A DNA stretch of 62,530 bases, taken from positions 1 to 62,530 of the IMG/VR virus record IMGVR_UViG_3300045971_000057, one strand, 5' to 3'. The DNA comes from a virus (Duplodnaviria > Caudoviricetes). This document shows, piece after piece, positions 1 through 8,493 of the stretch. A program made the translations under genes and the position numbers. How positions within the stretch are numbered: the first letter of the stretch is position 1; each line of letters starts with the position of its first letter. Under the pieces are notes generated by a model. It saw nothing but the letters and a program-made list of their open reading frames with translations, ran no database searches and was not told the origin of the DNA.

Positions 1-145
1 GAGTTCGATGTTCCCACGGTGGAGGTTGGCGCGCAGATCCTTGATCGACCCACCCTTCTCAAGATACTTCCCAACCGTCATACCGTTGGTGATCATCGCC
101 CAATTCTCGTGGGCCTTGGTTCCTTCACGGCTGGGGTTGATCTTC
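1..145. repeat. Terminal direct repeat / circular overlap, left copy
   Basis: 1-145 equals 62386-62530 except one base (A127 vs T62512). Confidence 0.95.
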
Positions 146-321
146 ACCAGCTTCGTGATCTTCTGCTCATCAAAGACATATCGTGGCCGTGGGTAGCTGG
201 CTGCGATCTCAGAGGCAACAGTCTTGGCCACTTTGGACTTCGTGACCTTTGCCTTGGTGCTTCCTTTCTTGGAGGAAGTCTTGCTGGTGGATGCCTTGGA
301 GGTTGTTACCTTTGTCGCCAT
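1..321 (-). CDS. Lys/Ser/Thr-rich tailed small basic protein, 108 aa, spanning the junction (ends at TAG 62380-62382); putative DNA-binding
   Basis: Not in ORF track. AAGGAG RBS, ATG at 321, MATKVTTSKASTSKTSSKKGSTKAK...KITKLVKINPSREGTKAHENWAMITNGMTVGKYLEKGGSIKDLRANLHRGNIELK; paralog of 14583-14915. Confidence 0.8.
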   Translation of the reverse strand, partial: MATKVTTSKASTSKTSSKKGSTKAKVTKSKVAKTVASEIAASYPRPRYVFDEQKITKLVKINPSREGTKAHENWAMITNGMTVGKYLEKGGSIKDLRANLHRGNIEL

Positions 322-346
322 TGTCTTGCTCCTTTGTGTAGGCTAT

Positions 347-360
347 ATTGTAGCCTGGTT
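347..360 (-). promoter_or_regulatory. Putative phage promoter motif AACCAGGCTACAAT
   Basis: -10-like TACAAT with conserved CAGGY upstream; recurs at 14978 and 21887. Confidence 0.55.
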
Positions 361-402
361 TGGTTCGTTTGTGGTTGGATGGTTGAGAGGTTGGAGAGTT
401 GG

Positions 403-795
403 TTAGATCATTCCAAGGATCACGAGCCAAGAAGGAACACCATCAGGGCCAACACCGTCAGGCTCGACAGTGTAGCCAGTTGGAGACTTCGCATCCTCAG
501 TTCCCATGATCCATTTCTTCACGCTTGATAAGGAAGGTAGCACTGCGTTAATTTGCCAAGGCTTCAACTGATCCTTGATCTTCTCCGCAGCTAGGATTAT
601 CATCACCGCATAATCCTCTGCGGTTGAATCCTTTGGTCTCTTGATTCGTTTGGTTGCTTCCCAATTGCCTCCAATCTTCATCGTGAGAATATCTCCGGTT
701 GACCTCATACTCGCAAGGCATTGATACTTGCGACTGTAATACCGGAGAACTTCATCACCGTAGTCAGCAGGGTTGACTTTCATCTTCTTGGCCAT
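403..795 (-). CDS. Hypothetical early protein
   Basis: ORF with AAGGAAG RBS-like sequence, in tandem minus-strand array. Confidence 0.7.
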   Translation of the reverse strand: MAKKMKVNPADYGDEVLRYYSRKYQCLASMRSTGDILTMKIGGNWEATKRIKRPKDSTAEDYAVMIILAAEKIKDQLKPWQINAVLPSLSSVKKWIMGTEDAKSPTGYTVEPDGVGPDGVPSWLVILGMI

Positions 796-797
796 TG

Positions 798-1001
798 CTA
801 CTTCCTTCTGAGGTGCCCGAGACAGTTGGCGCTGTACACGTGGCTGGTTGTTTCTTGCTTACACACAGGACACTCAAAGGTCACTATGTCCCTTCCTCTG
901 ATATCCTCTTCAATATTCAGAATTGGAATATTGTCCGATTGCTCAAACCTAATTCGGCAACTGGAGCATACGATGTTGAGTGGTGTCGTTGCCTTGGCCA
1001 T
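798..1001 (-). CDS. Small zinc-ribbon protein
   Basis: CSSC...CPVC. Confidence 0.6.
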   Translation of the reverse strand: MAKATTPLNIVCSSCRIRFEQSDNIPILNIEEDIRGRDIVTFECPVCKQETTSHVYSANCLGHLRRK

Positions 1002-1205
1002 CTACTTCACGCTCACGATGTAGCCATCCTTCATCATCACCTCAGCATACCAGGTGTGAGGCTTTGGGAAGTGTGGGCCTTCCAGAGTCTCACGACCGTT
1101 TGCCTTTGGCGTTCCCATACCAGGGGCAAAGATGCCGATCTTCTGGCCAGCCGCAACGGCAAGCTTGAGTTCTTTCTTGGTCTTGAAGTTGATGTCGCAA
1201 TACAT
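1002..1205 (-). CDS. Hypothetical phage protein (MYCDINFKTKKELK...EGPHFPKPHTWYA)
   Basis: AAGGAG RBS before ATG 1205. Confidence 0.7.
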   Translation of the reverse strand: MYCDINFKTKKELKLAVAAGQKIGIFAPGMGTPKANGRETLEGPHFPKPHTWYAEVMMKDGYIVSVK

Positions 1206-1254
1206 AGTGGTGCTCCTTTGTCGGCTGTTATCGAACAGCCTGGGTTGAAAAAAA

Positions 1255-1506
1255 TTATTCGCCATCATCAGGAAGGTGGTTGAGGCTTGGGGGATTGAAG
1301 CCGCAACCCTCTGCGACCTTGGCCTCTGGGTGTTCTCTCTTGGCCTCTTCCAGCGTGTCATAGGCACCTAGGAATTGTCGAGACTGCTGACCTGCTAGCA
1401 CGGAGTGCCTGGGATAGATCCCATACGAATACACCCCATATACTTCCTCGCAATAGGTTGCCCCACGCGATGGGAATTCAATCGTGACTCGATTCTTGGC
1501 CATCAC
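1255..1506 (-). CDS. Hypothetical early protein
   Basis: ORF coupled to neighbours, GAGGTG RBS. Confidence 0.65.
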   Translation of the reverse strand: MMAKNRVTIEFPSRGATYCEEVYGVYSYGIYPRHSVLAGQQSRQFLGAYDTLEEAKREHPEAKVAEGCGFNPPSLNHLPDDGE

Positions 1507-1751
1507 ACCACCTCACTATATCGTTTGCCCAATTTGAAGCCTCCAGACTCGATGTGGTCTTCAAGTTGCTTCATCAGTTCCTTGTTCTTCCCTTTCCACC
1601 CGAACTGGCTCTTGATGATTGTGGCCATGCTCTTGCCCTTCCGGCCCATGCCGAACATCTCCAACCGGAGGGCACTGCGCATCGACAGAAGCCTGAACAT
1701 TTCGATCTGCTCAGGAGTATCGCAAACAATCAGTTCGTTGCTCATTAGCAC
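1503..1751 (-). CDS. Hypothetical early protein
   Basis: Tandem coupled ORF. Confidence 0.65.
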   Translation of the reverse strand: MLMSNELIVCDTPEQIEMFRLLSMRSALRLEMFGMGRKGKSMATIIKSQFGWKGKNKELMKQLEDHIESGGFKLGKRYSEVV

Positions 1752-1927
1752 ACCACCGTCATCAAAGGCCTGGAGTTTGGATCGGAAGCGATTGCCTTGC
1801 GGAGTTGTTCCTCAGCACGCTTCTTGTCGGGTGAGATGAAGAACACGATGCGCAATCCCTGCCTTCCGTGGAGGCTTGGCTGGAAGCACAACTTGCTTAC
1901 TTTGTATCTGGTCACTTCCTTGGTCAT
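1745..1927 (-). CDS. Hypothetical early protein
   Basis: AAGGAG RBS. Confidence 0.55.
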   Translation of the reverse strand: MTKEVTRYKVSKLCFQPSLHGRQGLRIVFFISPDKKRAEEQLRKAIASDPNSRPLMTVVC

Positions 1928-2072
1928 TTCTTCTCCTTGGAGATAGTGATGCGAATTTTGACGATGTTGCCATCCATCTTGATCTCAACATGATCCTCAA
2001 CAACCTCTGCTTCGAGACACCACAAAGCCTTATTGAGAGTCTTGGCCAACCATTGGAGAGTTCCCATTTTGT

Positions 2073-2378
2073 TCATACACAATACCTACAAGACTCAAAG
2101 GCCAGCGTCGCAATCTTCTTCATCTTTGGGTATCCTTGCGCACGCCATAGTTCGATCTCAGCAAGCAAGTGGGCCTTCTGCTCACCATCATCCGCATAGT
2201 CTCGATTGATCATCTCAACAGGTCTGTCGCAATCCAGAACGATCTCAACCACTGTCGCTCTTGAGATGCTGGTCTTGCCTTCCTCAGCAAAGCACATCAT
2301 CACATCAAATCCAATCTCACTCCAGATCGAGTTGAGGATGTGGATCATTTCTTTGGATGGAACGATCTTCTTGGCCAT
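2073..2378 (-). CDS. Hypothetical early protein
   Basis: GGAGG RBS, tandem ORF. Confidence 0.65.
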   Translation of the reverse strand: MAKKIVPSKEMIHILNSIWSEIGFDVMMCFAEEGKTSISRATVVEIVLDCDRPVEMINRDYADDGEQKAHLLAEIELWRAQGYPKMKKIATLAFESCRYCV

Positions 2379-2380
2379 GG

Positions 2381-2761
2381 TTATTTTCCTCCCAGGATAA
2401 CACGATCACAATAGGTCATCTTCACAACAACTCGGAAGTCTTGCTCAACCTCACGATAGATTCGATGGACATCCTCATTCCACTTGCCATCACCAATCGC
2501 CGCAGAGTTGCGCTCAAACTCTCTCACATATCCATTCCCGATTGGAGCGTCACAGATGAAAGGTTTGATGTCGCCGCAATACCTCGTGTGCCCAATCTCA
2601 CCAGGCATTGGGATCAGTTGGGTAATTCCACGAGCGTGATCGGTGTAGATAATTCCCTTCACATCGCCATTGACGAACTCAGCCCAGGTGATTGGCTGTC
2701 CTTCCGCATTGTAGTGGTTGCCGGTATTGAACTGGTTGGGCTTGCCGAAAGTGGTAGGCAT
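2381..2761 (-). CDS. Hypothetical early protein
   Basis: GAGGAG RBS before ATG 2761 (MPTTFGK). Confidence 0.65.
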   Translation of the reverse strand: MPTTFGKPNQFNTGNHYNAEGQPITWAEFVNGDVKGIIYTDHARGITQLIPMPGEIGHTRYCGDIKPFICDAPIGNGYVREFERNSAAIGDGKWNEDVHRIYREVEQDFRVVVKMTYCDRVILGGK

Positions 2762-2762
2762 T

Positions 2763-3029
2763 TCAGAACTCCTCAAGAGGTTTGAACTCGACATTGTAAA
2801 CTTCCAGACCATTTTGATTCTTGCCCAATGGAACAGAAACAATCTTCCATTTCGATTCGCATGAAGGGCAAATTCTTTTCTCAGCACTCTTCTTCAAAGT
2901 ATCAGTGGGCTTGATGTGGGCCCAACGCTTCACAGCGATGCGTTGGGCACATCTCGGACACCGAGTCAAAAGCAGCGAGGCATCAGGCAAAACCTCTACC
3001 ACCATCGTTACATCTCCACCGATGTCCAT
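2763..3029 (-). CDS. Small zinc-finger protein
   Basis: CPRC...CPSC. Confidence 0.55.
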   Translation of the reverse strand: MDIGGDVTMVVEVLPDASLLLTRCPRCAQRIAVKRWAHIKPTDTLKKSAEKRICPSCESKWKIVSVPLGKNQNGLEVYNVEFKPLEEF

Positions 3030-3292
3030 CGTCCAGTTTTCTCATCACGGTCAAAATAGACCTCATCAGTCAGAAGCAAAAGATCATTCGTGGAGGCATC
3101 TCGGAATATCGTCACCAACTCGATGTGGTCGCAGTTCTGATCGTGCTTGAGAAATGCGATGGACTGGTATGCCTCTTTCTTCCGGTCAAACTTCCGAGTA
3201 TCAAACAGAGCCTTGCTTCCCATCGCAGACAACAACCGGAAGGTCACCTCATACTGTCGCTTTGTCTTGTGTGGAATCCCTCTGGTGTTCAT
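3008..3292 (-). CDS. Hypothetical early protein
   Basis: GAGGA RBS, tandem ORF. Confidence 0.6.
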   Translation of the reverse strand: MNTRGIPHKTKRQYEVTFRLLSAMGSKALFDTRKFDRKKEAYQSIAFLKHDQNCDHIELVTIFRDASTNDLLLLTDEVYFDRDEKTGRWTSVEM

Positions 3293-3802
3293 TTAGTTCC
3301 TCACGATGCGGAAGGTCATGGACTCGATTATGGCCAGGACATCCTCAGCACCCTTGGATGCGGAAGCAACACGCTGGTCTTCAATCAGCAACTGAAGCTC
3401 ATCCATCCTCTTGTTCAGACTTGCCTCGGTGTCGTCATTGTCCACCATGTCCTTGAGTTCCTCTGTGCGCTCACTCAAGTCTTGGATGTTCTGTTCCATT
3501 TCCTTCAGGTCAGGCAGGTCATCAAAGGCCTCATTGACGGCAGTCTCGACAGATCGTTCAATGGTGCGCTCAAAATCAGAACTCTCCATCGCACTCTCAA
3601 CTTCCTTCTCAACCATTTGCTCCAGACCTGCGTTCTCAATCTCACGCTCGATCATTTGCTCAAGGTTGGCACCTTCAATTGCCTTCTCAACTGCCTCTTC
3701 AACTTTGTCGTCCAGAGAGATAGTCTCCATCGCATCCGCCACAAGGGCAGCAACGAGGTCAGAAATGCTAGAAGAGACACGAGCGATCAGTTCAGCGTTC
3801 AT
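3293..3802 (-). CDS. Highly acidic repetitive helical protein
   Basis: Repeats such as VEEAVEKAIE / LEQMIEREIE / LEQMVEKEVE / FERTIERSVE. Confidence 0.75.
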   Translation of the reverse strand: MNAELIARVSSSISDLVAALVADAMETISLDDKVEEAVEKAIEGANLEQMIEREIENAGLEQMVEKEVESAMESSDFERTIERSVETAVNEAFDDLPDLKEMEQNIQDLSERTEELKDMVDNDDTEASLNKRMDELQLLIEDQRVASASKGAEDVLAIIESMTFRIVRN

Positions 3803-3803
3803 T

Positions 3804-4094
3804 TTATTCTCCATCAACAAGGGAAATGATTTGGCGGCAGGTAGCAATCAACTGGTTCTTGGCATACTCTTCATCTTTGGACAGCTTCTCAGAGTTGAGG
3901 TCCTCAAGTAGGCACTCAAGATTTTCAATCTCCAAAAGATCCCCATCCGTCACAGGCTCTTGTTTGAGATCCGCAATTTGGTCTTCCAATTCCCTTCGTT
4001 CTGCTACTCGTTGGGCATTATCCTCCAACCAACCTCGGCAATCATTCAAATCAGAAACAGTATTTTGGAAACGGCAATACGACATGTTAGCCAA
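3804..4094 (-). CDS. Hypothetical phage protein (MANMSYCRFQNT...)
   Basis: GAGGAGG RBS, TTG start. Confidence 0.65.
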   Translation of the reverse strand: MANMSYCRFQNTVSDLNDCRGWLEDNAQRVAERRELEDQIADLKQEPVTDGDLLEIENLECLLEDLNSEKLSKDEEYAKNQLIATCRQIISLVDGE

Positions 4095-4440
4095 TGGACA
4101 CCTCCTCAGCAACATTCTTCTTCTCACGAGCCTTGACGCGATCCAGCATCACAATCGCATCTTCCAGATTGTCGAAGTTGTTGGAGAAGCCATACTCCAA
4201 TTCAATCACCAGCCGGACATCCTTCCAGATGAACACGTGGGCGTGTGATACGAAAAAAGTATCACAAGGATCGCCGCACTCATCCTCACGACTGTTCCCA
4301 ACTACCAGGAACCTTCCATCACCAAGATACTCACTCACCACGATTGGCTCTTGCTGCGATCCTCTGCGGCCAGAGTTTGCTATGTGGTCTAGTTCTTCAG
4401 GTCCCAGACCTTTGAACATTTGCTCTAACATTGCGTTCAT
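4087..4440 (-). CDS. Hypothetical protein, first gene after the ribozyme
   Basis: AGGAGG at 4450-4445, ATG at 4440. Confidence 0.7.
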   Translation of the reverse strand: MNAMLEQMFKGLGPEELDHIANSGRRGSQQEPIVVSEYLGDGRFLVVGNSREDECGDPCDTFFVSHAHVFIWKDVRLVIELEYGFSNNFDNLEDAIVMLDRVKAREKKNVAEEVSIG

Positions 4441-4451
4441 ACAACCTCCTA

Positions 4452-4531
4452 CATTCGCCATGCTCATCAGGTCACCGAGGCGAATGCGAAATGGTGACGA
4501 CTGGGGTGCTTCACAGCAGCCCAGTTTCGCA
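4452..4531 (-). ncRNA. Type II hammerhead ribozyme with pseudoknot
   Basis: UGC-GAAA-CUGGG(C UGCU GUGA AGCA C)CCCAG-UC / GUCACC(loop)GGUGAC-CUGAUGA-GCA; full catalytic core; loop I CAUUCGCC pairs with 3' GGCGAAUG. Confidence 0.9.
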
Positions 4532-5020
4532 GATCATCTTTCCTGTGGTTAAGCCATCAGGCAGTCTCGATCCCATAGGTCTGATTAACATCAGTCCCCC
4601 ATCACTCTTGCTAGGCTCGACACCAGGCCACGCATTCCAGTTGGCGGGTGTCTCTTGCCCATTTAATTTTTTATCATCACCAGAATCCATCGCCACAAGT
4701 TTGGACTCCAAAAGAGATTCCTGGCCACCACCAGTCTCATTCAACTTTTCAAAATCTCATCGTCGCAGAACAACCGAGCATTATCGTGGTCCTCCACCAG
4801 CTCCAGGTCATCGCCAGCTATCCGAAAGAGTCTTGTGGGTTGACCTCGATCTCCCCAACCTTCAACTGCTCCTCTATTATGCGTCAATTCCACAGAAAAA
4901 ATAACATTATTTACCAATCAATGGCAAACGCTGGCTACAACAGAGTCTATGATGCCTTTTGTGGGAATCATTGCCAATACTTATGCGACAAGGATTCCCA
5001 GAAACTGGGTTGAAAAAGAG

Positions 5021-5071
5021 TGCCTGAAAAACATAGATCGAGTGATACCAACGATCTATGTTTTTCAGGCA
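5021..5071. repeat. Perfect 20-bp inverted repeat with 11-nt spacer
   Basis: TGCCTGAAAAACATAGATCG ... CGATCTATGTTTTTCAGGCA. Confidence 0.9.
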
Positions 5072-5153
5072 TTTCTTAGCCTACCTTTTTTGCCTGTTTT
5101 TCCAGGCACATGGAGGCAGAGCAAACATTTGATTTCAAATCACTTACATTGCG

Positions 5154-8009
5154 TTATTTTTCCAATCCCTGGTCCACTGTTTTTTCAGTGCCTTCCAACT
5201 TCCTCCAACGCTCCACATACAGACGCCTGAATCCCTTCTGGACCTTGCCTTTCCACAGGAACCAATCACCCAATTTTCCTTCCTCTACAATGGGCGATCC
5301 AATGCGCAAATATTTGTGTCGATCAATCGTCACTTGAATAGTTCCTGTGTCATCCTCAACAGTCAAATTGAGGAACAAAGTCTGGCCACTCATCTGCCTT
5401 CCGTTGCGCTTCTGAACGAGGATGGTCTCATTGTGGTCACGCAGATTCTTTTCCTTCAATCGACCAAAGATTACAACCTCACCTTCAAACTCAGAATCAA
5501 TCTGCTCGATGTCTGCGATTGGGGTGTTGATCTTGTAGGCTGACGGGTCTGCCCTGATGTGGCCAAACTTGTCGTGGCACTCAAAGATCTGATCGTATGG
5601 AGTGGTCCCATTGGCCAGAAGATTCTTCTGCCTTGCGGTGTAGGGTTGGCCAGAACTTCTCCGGTTGATGATGTCTTCCGCAACCTTCTCACCAACACCC
5701 TTGATGCTCGTCAGACCACCAATCAACTCACCATCTTGGACGCTCCAATTCTTGTCTGACTTGTCTGGATCGAATGACTTGTATTTGAAGCCTTCCTTGT
5801 AGAGTTCACGCAACAACCGGATACACTGGTCGTCATCTCTCGCATTGCGCAGGCAGGCAGCAGCAAACTCCAAAGGGAATTTGGATTTGAGGACCACACA
5901 CCAGTAGGACACCATCGCATAGGCAACAGCATGTGAGCGATTGAAACTCCAAGATCCCATCGTGTTGATGTTCTCCCAGACCATCTTCGCATCCTCAGGC
6001 GACACACCGAGACTGGCCGCACCCTTTTCAAATCGCACCCAATACTGATCAAAGAACTCTTTGCCCAGACTCTTGGACATGGCCTTGCGCAGAGATGAGA
6101 CATCCTCCCAACTCAGCTGGCCAACCTCTCTTGCGATTTGCATCACCTGTTCCTGGTAGATGACGATTCCATAGGTGACTTTGGTCATCGGCTCACAAAG
6201 AGCATGCATGTATGCCGTTGGATGGTCACCGATGCGACGCTTTGTCCACTCAGCAGCACCACCAGAGATCAGTGGTCCTGGGCGAGCAATAGCAGTCAAT
6301 GAGGTGATGTCCTCAAAGTTCTCCACCTTGATCTGTTTGACGATTGACTGGAGTGCGTATCCTTCAAATTGGAAGATGCCGGCGAACTTCTGCTTGTTCA
6401 AAATCTCAAAGGCAGCAGCATCATCTGTTGGATAGGTCACCAACTGCTCACGTGTCCAGCCTACTTGATCGAGAACATCCTGTAGCACCGATAGGGTGCG
6501 CAGCCCCAAAGCATCAACCTTCAGAAGATCCAGAGCCTCAGCATCCTTCTTGTCGATCATTGCCGCGCCAGTGACCTTGTCCACAGAGCAGTAGTTGGCC
6601 AAAGGTTTGCTGGTGATGATGACCCCTGCCGCGTGCTGGCCGCTCTGCCTGGCGTGATTCTCTACATCAGCTGCGATCTTGAGTTGAGGATACTTCTCAA
6701 GCGTCTTGCGACCAACCTCAATCTCGTTGAAGGTGTCCAGGATACAGAAGGATGCGCGAGAGTCACCACCACTGCGCTCAATCATCGCATTTTTCAAGTC
6801 AGCCACTTCCCACGCAGGTATGTTGAGTTCCTTGGCGATGTCTCCGATTGCGCTCTTGGCTTTGTAGCGCATAATGCTGCCGATGCGGGCAACACATTCC
6901 TGGCCATAGGTCTGACGGAGATATTCAAAAACCATCTCACGCCGATCATCCTGGAAATCAATATCAATATCTGGAAGATCCTTCCGGTTGATGTCGATGA
7001 ATCGCTCAAAGAGCAGATCGTATGGAATTGGATCAATGTCGGTGATGCGCAGAAGGTAGCAGACAAGACTACCACAGGAAGATCCACGAGCAGGACCAAC
7101 CAGCATGTGCTGCTTCGCATACTTGATCAGATCCCACACGATGTAGAAGTAATCAGCAAACCCTTTCTCTGCGATCATGTCAATCTCACGGCGCAACCGT
7201 GCGGCATAAACCGGAGTAGCAAGGTCCACGTGACGCTCGATTGCCCCTTCAATACACATCTGCTCCAGAGACTTCTCTGCTTTGAAGTGCGGCAGTTCTG
7301 CGTGGCCAAGTTGAGCATTACACAGGTCAGCAATCGCATAGGTATTTTGGATGGCCCGGGCACGATCTTCTTCAGGCAGGAATGGGAACAGACGGGCCCA
7401 GGAGTAGTCATCGAGAATGTTCATGGGGCTGGTTCGCATGTGTCGATTGCGCCCAGCAACTACCTCATACACCTTCTCATCTTGGCTGCGGGGATAAAAG
7501 TTGTCGCCAGTGGCCACAATGTCAAACCCACGAGCCTGAGCAACATCCCACGATTTTTTCGTCACAGTTGGATTGATCTCAATGATCAGGTTGTCCCTCT
7601 TGGGCAGACTTCCCCACACTGGGCTGCTTCCAGAAAGGATGATGATGTCGTCACTTAGGTCAAACAGCACACCATAGTCAATGCGTGGGTGATAGTAATT
7701 GTGTTCAGTGGCCAGGGTAGTCAGAGCATACAACTCCTGGAGACCTTTGTTGTTCATTGGAAGGAAGTTCATGAAGTTCACACCCTGCTTCTCTCGCAGG
7801 TTCATATCCTCAACCACTGCCAATTCCACACCAAGGATGGGCTTCTTTCCTGCCTTCTTACATGCCTTGCTGAACTCCACGTGCCCCCAAGTTCCGTGGC
7901 GGTCACAGATGCCAATTGCTTCCTCTTTTCCACAAGCAGCAATCACCTTGTCGATTGGGCCATAGACTTCTCTGAAGCTGTATTCTGTCCGGTTGCGGAG
8001 ATTGATCAT
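5154..8009 (-). CDS. dnaE: DNA polymerase III alpha subunit-like (family C)
   Basis: N-terminal PHP-like region, GPARGSSCGSLV, LLFERF, PDIDIDF, HAAGV, KVDALGL, SFNRSHAVAY, HhH (IKGVGEK), C-terminal OB fold. Confidence 0.95.
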   Translation of the reverse strand: MINLRNRTEYSFREVYGPIDKVIAACGKEEAIGICDRHGTWGHVEFSKACKKAGKKPILGVELAVVEDMNLREKQGVNFMNFLPMNNKGLQELYALTTLATEHNYYHPRIDYGVLFDLSDDIIILSGSSPVWGSLPKRDNLIIEINPTVTKKSWDVAQARGFDIVATGDNFYPRSQDEKVYEVVAGRNRHMRTSPMNILDDYSWARLFPFLPEEDRARAIQNTYAIADLCNAQLGHAELPHFKAEKSLEQMCIEGAIERHVDLATPVYAARLRREIDMIAEKGFADYFYIVWDLIKYAKQHMLVGPARGSSCGSLVCYLLRITDIDPIPYDLLFERFIDINRKDLPDIDIDFQDDRREMVFEYLRQTYGQECVARIGSIMRYKAKSAIGDIAKELNIPAWEVADLKNAMIERSGGDSRASFCILDTFNEIEVGRKTLEKYPQLKIAADVENHARQSGQHAAGVIITSKPLANYCSVDKVTGAAMIDKKDAEALDLLKVDALGLRTLSVLQDVLDQVGWTREQLVTYPTDDAAAFEILNKQKFAGIFQFEGYALQSIVKQIKVENFEDITSLTAIARPGPLISGGAAEWTKRRIGDHPTAYMHALCEPMTKVTYGIVIYQEQVMQIAREVGQLSWEDVSSLRKAMSKSLGKEFFDQYWVRFEKGAASLGVSPEDAKMVWENINTMGSWSFNRSHAVAYAMVSYWCVVLKSKFPLEFAAACLRNARDDDQCIRLLRELYKEGFKYKSFDPDKSDKNWSVQDGELIGGLTSIKGVGEKVAEDIINRRSSGQPYTARQKNLLANGTTPYDQIFECHDKFGHIRADPSAYKINTPIADIEQIDSEFEGEVVIFGRLKEKNLRDHNETILVQKRNGRQMSGQTLFLNLTVEDDTGTIQVTIDRHKYLRIGSPIVEEGKLGDWFLWKGKVQKGFRRLYVERWRKLEGTEKTVDQGLEK

Positions 8010-8275
8010 CGCAACTCCACCACAGCAATTGGTTCGACAGGAGGAAGGCTGTGAAGAGGATCACCCTCATCAAGCAATCGAACGCACATGGCCATGGTTT
8101 GAACAATCTCTTTTTTCACATCAGACAGTGGGCCTTTGCCAGCACGATGATCGAGAATTGCCTTGATGACTTCTCCAGCCTCTTCAGCAAAGGCTGTCGT
8201 CAGAAGGTCTGGACTTTGGTGTAGTGTTCTTGCCCTTCTGACTTCTGCCTGGACTTGGTTCATTAGCACTTTCAT
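8006..8275 (-). CDS. MazG-like NTP pyrophosphohydrolase
   Basis: All-alpha, AEEAGEVIKA...KKEIVQTMAM pattern; start 8275. Confidence 0.6.
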   Translation of the reverse strand: MKVLMNQVQAEVRRARTLHQSPDLLTTAFAEEAGEVIKAILDHRAGKGPLSDVKKEIVQTMAMCVRLLDEGDPLHSLPPVEPIAVVELR

Positions 8276-8492
8276 TCTTTCTCCTTGGTGGTGCTGGGTT
8301 GGGTATCCCTGCCTCGACAACTCTGACTGCTTGCTTTGATCCTAAATGGAGCACACCTTCAATGGTCCCATCTGCCCACTTGATGTCCCAAAGGTTCTGC
8401 TCCCCCATCCTTATTTTAGTTGGCACAATCTTGGTTCCTGACTTGTGTTCCCAAGATCCATTGGCGAGTTGCTTCCAATCTTCTTTGGCCAT
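8184..8492 (-). CDS. Hypothetical protein
   Basis: ORF directly after helicase stop. Confidence 0.5.
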   Translation of the reverse strand: MAKEDWKQLANGSWEHKSGTKIVPTKIRMGEQNLWDIKWADGTIEGVLHLGSKQAVRVVEAGIPNPAPPRRKNESANEPSPGRSQKGKNTTPKSRPSDDSLC

Positions 8493-8493
8493 A

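Noticed and set aside
209-430. ORF-track 73-aa protein MARDPW...
   Set aside because: Off-frame overlap of the better-supported gene starting at 321 (RBS, paralogous domain)
6633-7658. Long antisense ORFs (also 19669-20706, 33593-34753, 37681-38703, 44512-45414)
   Set aside because: Shadows of well-supported genes on the opposite strand; no RBS or motifs
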